Shown one piece after another: positions 30,852 to 40,776 of a DNA stretch of 40,830 nucleotides (its first letter is position 1; each line of letters begins with the position of its first letter). A model generated the notes under the pieces. The model saw nothing but the letters and a program-made list of their open reading frames with translations. It was not told the DNA's origin and searched no databases. The DNA lies in contig CAZBEJ010000002.1 in assembly GCA_964490915.1 (NCBI GenBank), positions 1 through 40,830 of the forward strand. Direction: 5' to 3'. This DNA comes from an uncultured Gammaproteobacteria bacterium. Lineage in GTDB: Bacteria; Patescibacteriota; Microgenomatia; UBA1406; GWC2-37-13. The translations under genes were made by a program, and so were the position numbers.

Positions 30852-32033
30852 ATGATACGTAAGAAACTTGCGATTTTAGTGGGTGTTATTGTATTTGTTA
30901 TAGCTGGATTCGCCGCGTATAAGTTTTTCCCGGGAAGCGGCGGGGGCGTGGGAATTCCGTCACCTTTCAACAACTATCAACCGCCTAAGTCAAATGGCAA
31001 TAGCACGACGCAGGCGCAGATAGCCAAGGAACCGAAAACAGAGCCTTGTCCTTTGAACGGCGAACTTCTTACCAAAACGCAGAAACAACTGTGGGAGTTA
31101 CGAAGACCGTTGGGTATTATGGTGGAAAATCATGTGCAGGCACGGCCACAATCAGGTCTGTCATCTGCGGACATAATCTACGAAGCTGTGGCAGAAGGCG
31201 GAATTACGAGATTCTTGAGTATATTTTATTGTCAGGACGCGTCTTATGTCGGACCAGTCCGATCGGCGAGAATGTATTTCATCAAACTGCTAGAAGGATA
31301 TGGTAATAATCCATTATATGCGCACGTCGGCGGAGCCAACACGCCGGGACCGGCTGATGCATTGGGGTATATCAATACGTTAGGATGGGGATTATATAAT
31401 GATATGAACCAGTTCGGTATTCCGTTCCCGTATTATTGGAGAGACTATGAGCGGTTGCCGAATCGTGCCACCGAACACACCGTATATACTTCAACCGTAA
31501 AGTTGTGGCAGTATGCGAAAGACAACCGTGGTCTGACCAATGTCGATGCTAAAGGAGTTGCGTGGAACAAAACGTTTACGCCATGGCAGTTCCAGGATGA
31601 TGCTGCTCCTGCCGATCGGGGGACAGTCTCAAAAGTCAGTTTCGGTTTTTGGACGTCGTTTGCTTCTGATTATGCAGTTACCTGGAATTACGACAAAAGT
31701 ACCAACAGCTATTCGCGTGTAAACGGCGGACAGCCGCATATAGATAAAGATACCGGTAAACCGATTACTTCAAAAAACGTGATTGTGGTTTTTGCCCAGG
31801 AATCACCAGTTAATGACGGATATGATGCCGGCCAGCACATTTTGTATGCGATCGTCGGATCCGGCGATGCTCTGGTATTCCAGAACGGCAATGCGATAAA
31901 GGCTACGTGGAGCAAATTGGATGAAACCTCGACCATGGAATTCACGGATAATAAAACGGGTAGACAAATAAAATTGGTACGGGGACAGGATTTTATCGAG
32001 ATTCTGCCGATCGGTAATAAAGTTACATACTAA
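30852..32033 (+). CDS. DUF3048-domain protein (YerB-like, secreted or lipid-anchored)
   Basis: 393-aa ORF with an N-terminal TM/signal sequence. Has RRPLGIMVENHVQARPQSGLSSADIIYEAVAEGGITRFLSIFY, typical of DUF3048. Confidence 0.75.
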   Translation: MIRKKLAILVGVIVFVIAGFAAYKFFPGSGGGVGIPSPFNNYQPPKSNGNSTTQAQIAKEPKTEPCPLNGELLTKTQKQLWELRRPLGIMVENHVQARPQSGLSSADIIYEAVAEGGITRFLSIFYCQDASYVGPVRSARMYFIKLLEGYGNNPLYAHVGGANTPGPADALGYINTLGWGLYNDMNQFGIPFPYYWRDYERLPNRATEHTVYTSTVKLWQYAKDNRGLTNVDAKGVAWNKTFTPWQFQDDAAPADRGTVSKVSFGFWTSFASDYAVTWNYDKSTNSYSRVNGGQPHIDKDTGKPITSKNVIVVFAQESPVNDGYDAGQHILYAIVGSGDALVFQNGNAIKATWSKLDETSTMEFTDNKTGRQIKLVRGQDFIEILPIGNKVTY

Positions 32034-32042
32034 ATTCAATTT

Positions 32043-32106
32043 TCAATATCTAATTTCCAACAAAAAATATACAATTTCAAATTAGAAATTAGGAATTAGA
32101 TATTGA
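32043..32106. promoter_or_regulatory. AT-rich 15-bp inverted repeat (terminator-like hairpin or operator) containing ATTAGRA heptamer repeats
   Basis: TCAATATCTAATTTCC (32043-32058) pairs with GGAATTAGATATTGA (32092-32106) with a one-T bulge, followed by TTTT and the ATG at 32111. The right side reads ATTAGAA-ATTAGGA-ATTAGAT in tandem. Confidence 0.5.
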
Positions 32107-32110
32107 TTTT

Positions 32111-32686
32111 ATGCTTCAACATATTATTCCATCCAAAGCACGGAGGAAAATACTGGAGTTTTTCTTCCATCATCCGGATGAGAACTTTTATCTTCGACGG
32201 ATTGTTCGGGAAATAGATGAGGAAGTCAATGCAGTCAAAAGAGAGTTGGATATTTTGACCGACGAAAAGCTACTCCACAGGGAACGCAGGTTGAACAAGG
32301 TGTTTTATTTCCTCAACAAAAACTACACGTTTTACGACGAGTTTATGCGTATTTTTACCAAGACTGGCGTGTTTGCTCTCGCCGTTGAAAAAAGGGGATC
32401 AAAAATAGGCAAGGTCAAACATATTGCGGTTTCCACGAAACTTTCAAAAAATATCGTAATTAAAGACGATGAAATTTATGTGTTATTTGTCGGTGTTATC
32501 GTGGTTCCGGAGGTGGAAAGTATTATGGCCGAGACAGAAAAGACATACGGCAGAACAATCAATTATACGGTCATGGACGACGATGAATTCATATTTAGGA
32601 AACGGAATAATGATCCGTTTATTTGGCGTTTTTTAAAGCAGCCCAAAGTAATGTTGGTGGGTAATGAAGAAGAATTGTTAAAATAA
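32111..32686 (+). CDS. Winged-helix (ArsR-like) putative transcriptional regulator with an uncharacterised C-terminal domain
   Basis: 191-aa ORF. The N-terminus SKARRKILEFFFHHPDENFYLRRIVREIDEEVNAVKRELDILTDEKLL looks like a wHTH. The C-terminal half is unassigned. Confidence 0.55.
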   Translation: MLQHIIPSKARRKILEFFFHHPDENFYLRRIVREIDEEVNAVKRELDILTDEKLLHRERRLNKVFYFLNKNYTFYDEFMRIFTKTGVFALAVEKRGSKIGKVKHIAVSTKLSKNIVIKDDEIYVLFVGVIVVPEVESIMAETEKTYGRTINYTVMDDDEFIFRKRNNDPFIWRFLKQPKVMLVGNEEELLK

Positions 32687-32698
32687 ATCTAAATTACG

Positions 32699-34045
32699 AT
32701 GAAACTAATTAAAACGCTGATAATATTATTAATTTCAATTCTTATCCTTTCGATCGATCTTCCTGAGAATTTCCCGATCAGATTTCAGATGGGGAAATAT
32801 AATATCAACTACACCATCAATCCTTTAAGCATCAATAGCTCGATTTTCGGCATGCATATCCAAAAACAGTTTGTGACCAAACTCGGTCTTGACCTGAAAG
32901 GAGGAAGCAATTTAGTTTTTGAAGCAGATACTTCCAAGTTGCAGCCGGCTGATTTGCAGGATGCACTGAACTCCGCAAAAGATATCATAGAAAAACGAGT
33001 GAATTTTTTTGGTGTTTCAGAACCGATCGTCCAGACAATAAAAACAGGAAATAATTATCGTATCAGTGTGGACCTACCCGGTATTACCAATGTCGCAGAC
33101 GCAATCGGCTTGATCGGACAGACCGCACAGCTTTCATTTAAAGAAGAAGCGTCTTCATCGGCAAATCTTGCAACACCATCCGCTATTTTTGAACAACTTA
33201 CCAAAGATACTGGTTTGACAGGAAAAGGTGTAAAAAAAGCAAGCGTGACATTTAATCCGCAAACAGGAAAGCCCGAGGTTTCGTTGTCATTCAGCAGTCG
33301 GGGTGCCCGGCAATTTGCCGATATCACAACAAAGAACGTGGGAAAACCGGTCGGGATATTTATCGATAATATACTGATTTCCGCTCCCGTTGTACAGCAG
33401 CCTATTACAGACGGTAATGCGGTGATAACAGGAAATTTTACGACCAACGATGCGAAACAATTGGCTATCACTATCAACTCAGGTGCCCTTCCTCTCCCGA
33501 TAAAACTGGTTGAACAACACAATATTGGTCCGACCTTAGGTGCATCGGAAGTAAAGAAAAGTGTTTACGCAGGAGCAGTTGGGTTATTGATGGTTTTGCT
33601 TTTTATGGTGGTATACTACCGTGCATTGGGTATTATTGCTGCCATGGCTTTAATTATATATGGCCTGATTTCATTCGCGATTTTCCGCGCGATTCCGGTC
33701 GTTTTGACGTTACCCGGTGTCGCCGGATTTATCCTTTCAATCGGCATGGCGGTTGACGCGAACATCCTGATATTCGAACGTATCAAAGAAGAAATGCGCA
33801 AAGGCAGGGAATTCGACATTGCGATTCGACTTGGATTCGGCAGGGCAATCGATGCGATCAAAGATGCGAATATCACGACATTGATTGTTGCATTCATCTT
33901 GTTTAATCCACTCAGCTGGGATTTTCTTCCGCAGTTTGGCATGGTGCGGGGATTCGCCTTGACTCTGGCGATAGGAGTTGCGACCAGTTTGTTTACCGGC
34001 GTAGTCATAACCAGAAGGTTAATAGATTTTTTCTATAAACAATGA
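32699..34045 (+). CDS. secD: Protein translocase subunit SecD
   Basis: 448-aa ORF with an N-terminal TM helix and a periplasmic-type domain containing LGLDLKGG. The C-terminal 5-6 TM region has the ILSIGMAVDANILIFERIKEE motif. It overlaps secF by 4 nt. Confidence 0.9.
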   Translation: MKLIKTLIILLISILILSIDLPENFPIRFQMGKYNINYTINPLSINSSIFGMHIQKQFVTKLGLDLKGGSNLVFEADTSKLQPADLQDALNSAKDIIEKRVNFFGVSEPIVQTIKTGNNYRISVDLPGITNVADAIGLIGQTAQLSFKEEASSSANLATPSAIFEQLTKDTGLTGKGVKKASVTFNPQTGKPEVSLSFSSRGARQFADITTKNVGKPVGIFIDNILISAPVVQQPITDGNAVITGNFTTNDAKQLAITINSGALPLPIKLVEQHNIGPTLGASEVKKSVYAGAVGLLMVLLFMVVYYRALGIIAAMALIIYGLISFAIFRAIPVVLTLPGVAGFILSIGMAVDANILIFERIKEEMRKGREFDIAIRLGFGRAIDAIKDANITTLIVAFILFNPLSWDFLPQFGMVRGFALTLAIGVATSLFTGVVITRRLIDFFYKQ

Positions 34046-34905
34046 TTGACTTTTTGAAATACAAATGGGTCTATTTCATCATTTCGGCAACAGTCATACT
34101 TGCCGGATTGTTTTCTCTGCTGCGATGGGGATATGTGTTTTCCATTGATTTTGTCGGAGGAACCAACCTAGAATACAGTTCCACAAAACCCATGGATCTG
34201 AATCAAGTGAAGAAAATATTCGCGATTAACAAAGCGGAAATAATCAGCGTACAGGAAACAAAAAATGTCCTGTCAGTCCGGACCAAAGCAATAGACGAAA
34301 AAACGGAAAATGCCATTAAACAGGATTTGACCAGGACATTCAATACCAGCTTGACGGTCAATCTTTCGGAAACAGTCGGTCCGGTACTGGGGCAGGAAAC
34401 CATGATAAAGACGGTCGTTGCATCCATCTTGGCAATCGTGGGAATCCTCCTTTATATGAGTTTCGCATTCAAAGGGTTTAATTTTGCGTTTGCAGCGATT
34501 TTGGCGATGTTCCATGATCTGTTGGTGGTCTTGGGAACATATTCTTTGCTGTCTCATTTCTTAGGCGCGCAGGTTGATACCATGTTTGTCACTGCCGTTT
34601 TGACCGCCATGTCGTTTTCAGTCCATGATACCATTGTTATTTTTGACAAGATACGGGAATATCGGAGTTATGGAGAAGTATCGAATATGGGGGTTGGCGC
34701 GAACAAGGCATTGACCGAAACATTGGTGAGGTCTTTGAATAACTCGATGACTATTATTTTCATGCTTCTCGCTCTTACCGTATTAGGCGGTGTGACCATT
34801 CGATTTTTCGTGGCGACATTGTTGATTGGTACGATAACCGGAACCTATTCTTCACCGTTCGTCGCAACCCCTATTCTCGTTTGGTTGGAAAACAAAAGGA
34901 AATGA
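34042..34905 (+). CDS. secF: Protein translocase subunit SecF
   Basis: 287-aa ORF. Has GIDFVGGT-like SIDFVGGTNLEY, and the C-terminal TM bundle contains FSVHDTIVIFDKIRE. Confidence 0.9.
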   Translation: MIDFLKYKWVYFIISATVILAGLFSLLRWGYVFSIDFVGGTNLEYSSTKPMDLNQVKKIFAINKAEIISVQETKNVLSVRTKAIDEKTENAIKQDLTRTFNTSLTVNLSETVGPVLGQETMIKTVVASILAIVGILLYMSFAFKGFNFAFAAILAMFHDLLVVLGTYSLLSHFLGAQVDTMFVTAVLTAMSFSVHDTIVIFDKIREYRSYGEVSNMGVGANKALTETLVRSLNNSMTIIFMLLALTVLGGVTIRFFVATLLIGTITGTYSSPFVATPILVWLENKRK

Positions 34906-34936
34906 TTTTGCAGATTATAAATTTATTTTATTCACT

Positions 34937-35449
34937 ATGCCGAAAAACATATCAGACGGGATACCAATGGTAATAGGAGAAAAGGAAGTATGCCCTAAAT
35001 GCGGATCAGAACTTGCTGCAGTTTCCGAAACGAAGTCGGGAAGAAAACTGCAGCGCTGTTCCGCAGGAACTTGGAATCCGGAAACGCATACGATCGACGG
35101 ATGTACCTACGTGAAATGGTTGCCGATTGAACCCCGGCAACTTGAAGAAAAATGTCCAAAATGTGGTTCACCGTTATTGTTGGTTATAACACGATTCGGA
35201 AAAAAGATGAAAAAATGTTCCACTGCGACCTGGGATCCGAAAACCAAAACAGCCGGAGGGTGCGACTATATAGAATGGTTGAAAGGAACGACGGAGCAGC
35301 TTGATGAAAATTGCCCGAAATGTGGGGCTAAATTGGTTTTGTTCACCACTGTTTCCGGAAAAAAATTAAAAAAGTGTTCGACCAATCAATGGGATCCCCA
35401 GCAAAAAATGGCTACAGGTTGTGATTTCGTGGAATGGCAGCGTTCATAA
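34937..35449 (+). CDS. Stand-alone protein of three tandem topoisomerase-type C4 zinc-ribbon modules
   Basis: 170-aa ORF with three units of about 43 aa: CPKCGSEL..RCSAGTWNP..DGCTYVKWL, CPKCGSPL..KCSTATWDP..GGCDYIEWL and CPKCGAKL..KCSTNQWDP..TGCDFVEWQ. There are 12 Cys in total. Confidence 0.7.
   Translation: MPKNISDGIPMVIGEKEVCPKCGSELAAVSETKSGRKLQRCSAGTWNPETHTIDGCTYVKWLPIEPRQLEEKCPKCGSPLLLVITRFGKKMKKCSTATWDPKTKTAGGCDYIEWLKGTTEQLDENCPKCGAKLVLFTTVSGKKLKKCSTNQWDPQQKMATGCDFVEWQRS
34991..35440 (+). repeat. Three intragenic repeat units encoding the zinc-ribbon modules (34991-35122, 35153-35281, 35312-35440)
   Basis: The period is about 53-54 codons. Conserved positions are CPKCG, KCS, W(N/D)P, GC and (V/I)(K/E)W. 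Confidence 0.75.
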
Positions 35450-35467
35450 TCGTGATACAATAAGAAA

Positions 35468-36079
35468 ATGCAGATTCTGCGGTATTCGTTGGGACAACTA
35501 CAGGCAAACTGTTATTTTTTAATTCAGGATAAGGAATGTTTGATTATTGATCCGGCAGATGATGCTTCGTTTATTCTGGAAGAACTTCAAAGGAAAAATC
35601 TTAAATTAGCAGGAATGCTTGCAACCCACGGGCATTTTGATCACATCATGGCGGTTGGAGAAATTCAGCGATCATTTAATGTACCCTTATATATAAACAA
35701 TAAAGATGTATTTCTGGTAAATCGATTGATTGGAACGGCGGGATATTTTTTAGGGTATCAGCCTACAATTCTCAAACCAACAAATATTAAATTTCTAAAA
35801 AAAGGAGTATTTCACGTTCAGCGTTTTAAGCTTCAAGTTCTGCAAACCCCAGGTCACACACCGGGAAGTTGTTGTTATTATCTTAAAAAAGAAAAAATTC
35901 TTATTACCGGTGATACGATATTTAAAAACGGCATAGGAGGATACGATCATTCATATAGCAACAAAAGCGATCTAATACAGTCAATAAAAACGATACTCAC
36001 GTTTCCCGAAACAACAACGGTCTATCCTGGTCACGGACAATCTACAACTATAGGGGAAGAGAAAACTCACTTCAATTAA
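35468..36079 (+). CDS. MBL-fold metallo-hydrolase (glyoxalase II-like)
   Basis: 203-aa ORF. Has ATHGHFDH (HxHxDH motif), TPGHTPGS, and GDTIF followed later by the His in PGHG. Confidence 0.85.
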   Translation: MQILRYSLGQLQANCYFLIQDKECLIIDPADDASFILEELQRKNLKLAGMLATHGHFDHIMAVGEIQRSFNVPLYINNKDVFLVNRLIGTAGYFLGYQPTILKPTNIKFLKKGVFHVQRFKLQVLQTPGHTPGSCCYYLKKEKILITGDTIFKNGIGGYDHSYSNKSDLIQSIKTILTFPETTTVYPGHGQSTTIGEEKTHFN

Positions 36080-37425
36080 TTGAAGTTTGAGATTTCTTTT
36101 AACAAGCCTTCTCTTTCATTTTTTAATTTTCCTTCGACCACTTGGTCAAACAATTTTTTCAAAATTTCGCCGACTTTCGGCCCTGGTTTTAGTTTCAGCA
36201 GTTTCATTACATCATTTCCATCCACTTTTAGGTCGGCAACGGTGAATGGTTGTTTTTGCACTTCAATAAGACGCTTTTTAAATAGCTCGAGCCGCCATGA
36301 TGTCGGTGTCGCACCTGAGCCGATCCGATCGCCTGTTCGAAGATCCAGCATATTTTGCAGATATTCTTTACCGAGTTCTCTGATGAATCTGCGTACTGCC
36401 TTGTCTGTCTGCAGTTCACTGACCGTAAACTGATGATACTTTACCAAACGTACGACCTTTTCTTTTTGCTCATTGGACAGTTTTAGCCGCTCCGCGATTC
36501 TCTCTACCATATTCGTTCCCGCGACTTCATGGTTATAAAACGTAATCAACCCGGTTTCATCGTCTTTTCTGAATGTTTTTGCTTTGCCGATGTCGTGCAA
36601 AAGCGTTGCCAGTCGAGTGATCGGATCGTTGGACGGACATGATTTAAGTGCCATGACCAAGTGAGTCCCGACGTCGTAGATGTGGTGGCGTTTTGGGCTT
36701 TTTTGCGGAATCGTGAAACAGATATCTACCTCGGATAACACATGAGCGAGTAATCCGGTGTTTTTCATGAACAGGATTCCTTCCGCCGGATGATCGCTCG
36801 CAAGAATTTTCAAGAGCTCATCCCTGATACGTTCCCATGAAATATGCCCGATCAGCGAAGCGTTTTTTTGAATGGAGGCACGGGTTTTATCCTCGATGAG
36901 GAACCCGAGTTCTGACGCAAAACGTATGGCACGCATAAGACGAAGCGCGTCTTCAGAGAACCGTTTATCGGGATCACCAACAGTCACAATAAGCTTTTGT
37001 TCTAGATGCTGTTTTCCGTTATAAAGATCAATGATTTTTTTCCCGTCATACGCAATGGCATTAATGGTAAAATCACGACGGTTTAGGTCTTCCTCGATTG
37101 TTTTTGCCCACAGTATTTTATCCGGATGGCGCTTGTCTGTATAATCGATTTCCTTACGGAAGGTAGTTACGTCAAACACAATTTTTTCTCCTTTGATTTC
37201 CTGGGAAACGCCGACCGTACCAAACTGATTATTATAATATCCTTCAGGAAAAATCTTGAGAATTTCTTCGGGTGTAGCGTCGGTTGCAAAGTCCCAATTT
37301 ACCCCGTCCTGTTTGTTTCTTTCCAGCAAAAGATCTCGTACCGCTCCGCCGACCACATAGATCTGAAAACCGTTTTTTTTGAATATTGACATGAATGTTC
37401 CGACGTAATCGGGTAAGGCAATCAT
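36076..37425 (-). CDS. cca: CCA-adding tRNA nucleotidyltransferase with HD domain
   Basis: 449-aa ORF. Has VVGGAVRDLLL, DFATD, RRDFTINA and an HD domain, LLHDIGK. This fits the tRNA-Tyr in this window lacking an encoded CCA. Confidence 0.85.
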   Translation of the reverse strand: MIALPDYVGTFMSIFKKNGFQIYVVGGAVRDLLLERNKQDGVNWDFATDATPEEILKIFPEGYYNNQFGTVGVSQEIKGEKIVFDVTTFRKEIDYTDKRHPDKILWAKTIEEDLNRRDFTINAIAYDGKKIIDLYNGKQHLEQKLIVTVGDPDKRFSEDALRLMRAIRFASELGFLIEDKTRASIQKNASLIGHISWERIRDELLKILASDHPAEGILFMKNTGLLAHVLSEVDICFTIPQKSPKRHHIYDVGTHLVMALKSCPSNDPITRLATLLHDIGKAKTFRKDDETGLITFYNHEVAGTNMVERIAERLKLSNEQKEKVVRLVKYHQFTVSELQTDKAVRRFIRELGKEYLQNMLDLRTGDRIGSGATPTSWRLELFKKRLIEVQKQPFTVADLKVDGNDVMKLLKLKPGPKVGEILKKLFDQVVEGKLKNEREGLLKEISNFN

Positions 37426-37450
37426 GGTTTAATTATAACATCATTACCAC

Positions 37451-37479
37451 TTGACAGATTAGCAGAGTTGTATTATTAT
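37451..37479 (+). promoter_or_regulatory. Putative hrcA operon promoter TTGACA, 17-nt spacer, TATTAT
   Basis: TTGACA at 37451-37456 and TATTAT at 37474-37479, about 55 nt upstream of the hrcA ATG. Confidence 0.55.
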
Positions 37480-37485
37480 TGCTAA
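37459..37485. promoter_or_regulatory. CIRCE-like operator (degenerate): TTAGCAGAG-N9-TATTGCTAA
   Basis: The canonical CIRCE is TTAGCACTC-N9-GAGTGCTAA. Here the outer TTAGCA/TGCTAA hexamers and the 9-nt spacer are conserved while the inner three positions differ. It overlaps the -10 of the hrcA promoter. Confidence 0.6.
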
Positions 37486-37531
37486 TACCATAACATTTAT
37501 GAGGAGAAGTAGACAATGTTGGGTATAAAAC

Positions 37532-38269
37532 ATGGAAGATTTGACACAAAGACAGATCGATATCTTAAGGACTATAATCAAGGAATATACCGAGACCGGT
37601 GAGGCGGTCGGATCGGAAATTCTGGAAAAAAAATACAAGCTTGGCGTTTCGCCGGCAACCATCAGGAACGAGATGGTTGAATTGGCTAAAAAAGGTTATC
37701 TTAAGAAAACGCATTTTTCCTCGGGCCGCGTACCGTCTGCAAAGGGATTCAGGTTCTATATCAAACACCTGATGAAGCAAAAGGATCTTTCCACAATAGA
37801 CGAAGTATCATACAAAAACAGCATCTGGGATGAGCGACAGGAGACGCATAGATTGCTGTCGCAGGCCACCAAAGTATTGTCACACAAAACAGGCCTTTTG
37901 TCTTTGGTAGCGACCAATGCGGGAGACGTATATTATGCAGGTATAGCAAATCTATTAAGTCAGCCTGAGTTTTTGGATATCACGCTTTCCAGGAATGTGT
38001 TTGAGCGGCTTGATCAGGTAAATTACTGGGAACGCATATTGGATGAATTTGACCCGTTGCAGGAAGAAATCGTATATTTATTGGGAGAAGAGGATTTCAG
38101 AGATCCGATGTTCGAGGCATGCGCGAGCGTATTAGGAGAATTTGAGAATTTGCACATCAAAGGCATTATTGGTGTTGTGGGTCCGAAGCGTATGTATTAT
38201 GATGAAATTATACCTCAGATCAGGTATTTTTCCAATCTTATTGGAGAAATCATGAAAACTCAGGAATAA
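37532..38269 (+). CDS. hrcA: Heat-inducible transcription repressor HrcA (short, 245 aa)
   Basis: The N-terminal wHTH is LTQRQIDILRTIIKEYTETGEAVGSEILEKKYKLGVSPATIRNEMVELAKKGYLKKTHFSSGRVPSAKGFRFYI. It is followed by grpE-dnaK-dnaJ. Confidence 0.85.
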   Translation: MEDLTQRQIDILRTIIKEYTETGEAVGSEILEKKYKLGVSPATIRNEMVELAKKGYLKKTHFSSGRVPSAKGFRFYIKHLMKQKDLSTIDEVSYKNSIWDERQETHRLLSQATKVLSHKTGLLSLVATNAGDVYYAGIANLLSQPEFLDITLSRNVFERLDQVNYWERILDEFDPLQEEIVYLLGEEDFRDPMFEACASVLGEFENLHIKGIIGVVGPKRMYYDEIIPQIRYFSNLIGEIMKTQE

Positions 38270-38289
38270 AGAAATTGAGAGTTAGCGGA

Positions 38290-38829
38290 ATGTTTGGTAT
38301 GGATGACAAAAAACCAGTAAAACAAAATCAACAAGGTCATTCCAATGTACCGCATAAAGACGGAGAAGTGCGATTCAAAGAATTAGAACATGTAAAAAAA
38401 GAACTGGAAGAAACGAAAAAACAAACGGATGAATTCAGGCACAAATATTTGCGTGCTTTGGCTGATTATCAAAATCTGGAACATAGGGCTCAACAGGATA
38501 AAGAAAGAGTGATTCAACGGGCCGCAGAACAGATAATCCATGAACTGTTAGTGGTATTGGATACCTTTGAGAGTGTCCAAAAACAATATCCACATGACCA
38601 AGGTGTCTCGTTAGGAGTACAAAGTTTTCAAACAGTATTGGCGTCCCGTGGATTAAAAAAAATTGAAGTTTTGCGCAAGAAATTCGATCCGGTTGAAATG
38701 GAATGTACGGAAGTAGTAGAAAGCGATAAAGACGGTGAGGTCGTTGAAGAAGTAAGACCGGGATACAGATTATCAGATAAAATAATAAGAGTAGCGAGGG
38801 TTAAAGTCGGAAAGAAGAAACAGGGTTAA
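38290..38829 (+). CDS. grpE: Nucleotide exchange factor GrpE
   Basis: Started at the ATG at 38290 (the track ORF begins at TTG 38275). Has a coiled-coil N-terminus, [20 protein letters not shown], and the C-terminal beta-domain [17 protein letters not shown]. Confidence 0.85.
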   Translation: MFGMDDKKPVKQNQQGHSNVPHKDGEVRFKELEHVKKELEETKKQTDEFRHKYLRALADYQNLEHRAQQDKERVIQRAAEQIIHELLVVLDTFESVQKQYPHDQGVSLGVQSFQTVLASRGLKKIEVLRKKFDPVEMECTEVVESDKDGEVVEEVRPGYRLSDKIIRVARVKVGKKKQG

Positions 38830-38857
38830 TTATACATTACAAATTCATTTTAATTTT

Positions 38858-40762
38858 ATGTCTAAAGTAATAGGTATCGATCTCGGTACAACAAACTCAT
38901 GCGTAGCAGTTATGGAAGGCGGAAAACCTAAAGTCATCTATTCCCAGGAGGGAAGGAATGTCATCCCGTCTGTTGTCGATCCGATAAAGAGGGTAGTTGG
39001 TGATGTTGCGAAACGCCAGATGGTGATCAATCCGAAAAATACCATTTTCTCGGTCAAACGATTGATGGGAAGAAGATATACGGATGAATCAGTTAAACAC
39101 GACATGAAATGGTTGCCGTACAAAATCAAAGAAGGACGTGACCAGATGGCTGACATTGAAGTAGAAGGAAAAACATTCACTCCTCAGGAAATTTCGGCAA
39201 TGGTTTTACAGAAGATCAAATCCGATGCAGAAGCATATCTTGGTGGGAAGGTCGACAAAGCGGTTATTACGGTTCCCGCATATTTTGACGACTCTCAACG
39301 CCAGGCAACCAAGCAGGCAGGTGAGATTGCAGGTCTTGAGGTTGTTCGCATTTTGAATGAACCTACTGCAGCTGCACTAGCGTACGGATTGGACAAAAAA
39401 CACTCACATACCATTGCTGTTTACGATCTTGGCGGAGGAACATTTGATATTACGGTTCTTGAACTAGGTGAAGGCGTATTCCAGGTTAAAGCAACCAATG
39501 GCGATACACACTTGGGCGGAGATGATTTTGACAAAGTAATTTTAGATTATTTAGCAGACGAGTTCAAGAAAGATAACGGTGTGGATCTGAGAAAAGACCC
39601 GCAGGCATTGCAGCGTTTGCGTGATGCAGCCGAAAAGGCAAAAATAGAACTTTCAACTTCAATGGAAGCGGAAGTGAATCTACCTTTTATTACGGTCAAA
39701 GACAATCAGCCACAGCATTTGGTGATCAAATTGACCCGCGCAAAACTCGAATCTTTGGTTGGTAACCTGATCGAAAAAACATTCGAACCGGTAAAGGCGT
39801 GTTTGAAAGACGCAAAGGTCGACGTATCGAAAATCAACGAAGTGGTTTTGGTTGGAGGTATGACCAGAATGCCGAAGGTCATCGAGGAAGTTAAGAAATT
39901 CTTCGGAAAAGAACCCAACAGATCAGTCAATCCCGATGAGGTTGTTGCGATTGGTGCGGCGATCCAAGCAGGAGTATTGACCGGAGAAACTAAAGACGTA
40001 GTTTTATTGGATGTGACACCGTTGACTTTGGGTGTTGAAACTTTGGGAGGTGTAACAACACCGATGATTACCAGAAATACTACGGTGCCGACCAGCAAAA
40101 CAGAGGTCTATTCCACTGCGGGCGATAACCAGACACAGGTGGAAATCCATGTGTTACAGGGTGAACGACCTATGGCAAAAGATAACAAATCCTTGGGGCG
40201 CTTTATCCTTGAGGGCATACCGCCCGCACCGCGCGGCGTACCACAGATAGAGGTAATATTTGATATCGATGCAAACGGCATATTGACGGTTACTGCGAAA
40301 GATAAAGCAACTGGTAAAACGCAGAGTATTCGTTTGACCGGGTCAACTGGTTTAACCAAAGATGAAATTAGCAAGATGAAGGAAGAAGCCGAGAAAAACG
40401 CGGAACAGGACAGTAAAGACAAGGAAAAGATTGAAGCGCGGAATAAGGCAGACAATATGATATATGTTGCGGAAAAGTCCTTGAAAGATGCAGGCGATAA
40501 AGTTGCCAAGGACGTGAAAGAGGATATCGAAAAAAAGATCAAGAGTTTGAAAGACAGCCTGGAAAAAGGGACAGGCGAGGAAATTGAGAACAAAACCAAA
40601 GAGCTTTCAGATGCGCTCTCGAAAGTGGGAGAAGCCATGTATAATAAACAAAGCCAGCAACCGCCGAGCGCTCAACCAGCAGGAGACAAGGATGGAAAAT
40701 CTGCTTCTGACAAAGCTTCCGGAGACAAAAAAGATGTTGAAGAGGGTGAAGTAGTGAATTAA
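38858..40762 (+). CDS. dnaK: Molecular chaperone DnaK (Hsp70)
   Basis: 634-aa ORF. Has [27 protein letters not shown] and [11 protein letters not shown], plus a C-terminal lid and an acidic tail ending EEGEVVN. Confidence 0.95.
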   Translation: MSKVIGIDLGTTNSCVAVMEGGKPKVIYSQEGRNVIPSVVDPIKRVVGDVAKRQMVINPKNTIFSVKRLMGRRYTDESVKHDMKWLPYKIKEGRDQMADIEVEGKTFTPQEISAMVLQKIKSDAEAYLGGKVDKAVITVPAYFDDSQRQATKQAGEIAGLEVVRILNEPTAAALAYGLDKKHSHTIAVYDLGGGTFDITVLELGEGVFQVKATNGDTHLGGDDFDKVILDYLADEFKKDNGVDLRKDPQALQRLRDAAEKAKIELSTSMEAEVNLPFITVKDNQPQHLVIKLTRAKLESLVGNLIEKTFEPVKACLKDAKVDVSKINEVVLVGGMTRMPKVIEEVKKFFGKEPNRSVNPDEVVAIGAAIQAGVLTGETKDVVLLDVTPLTLGVETLGGVTTPMITRNTTVPTSKTEVYSTAGDNQTQVEIHVLQGERPMAKDNKSLGRFILEGIPPAPRGVPQIEVIFDIDANGILTVTAKDKATGKTQSIRLTGSTGLTKDEISKMKEEAEKNAEQDSKDKEKIEARNKADNMIYVAEKSLKDAGDKVAKDVKEDIEKKIKSLKDSLEKGTGEEIENKTKELSDALSKVGEAMYNKQSQQPPSAQPAGDKDGKSASDKASGDKKDVEEGEVVN

Positions 40763-40776
40763 GTATTCCACAATAT

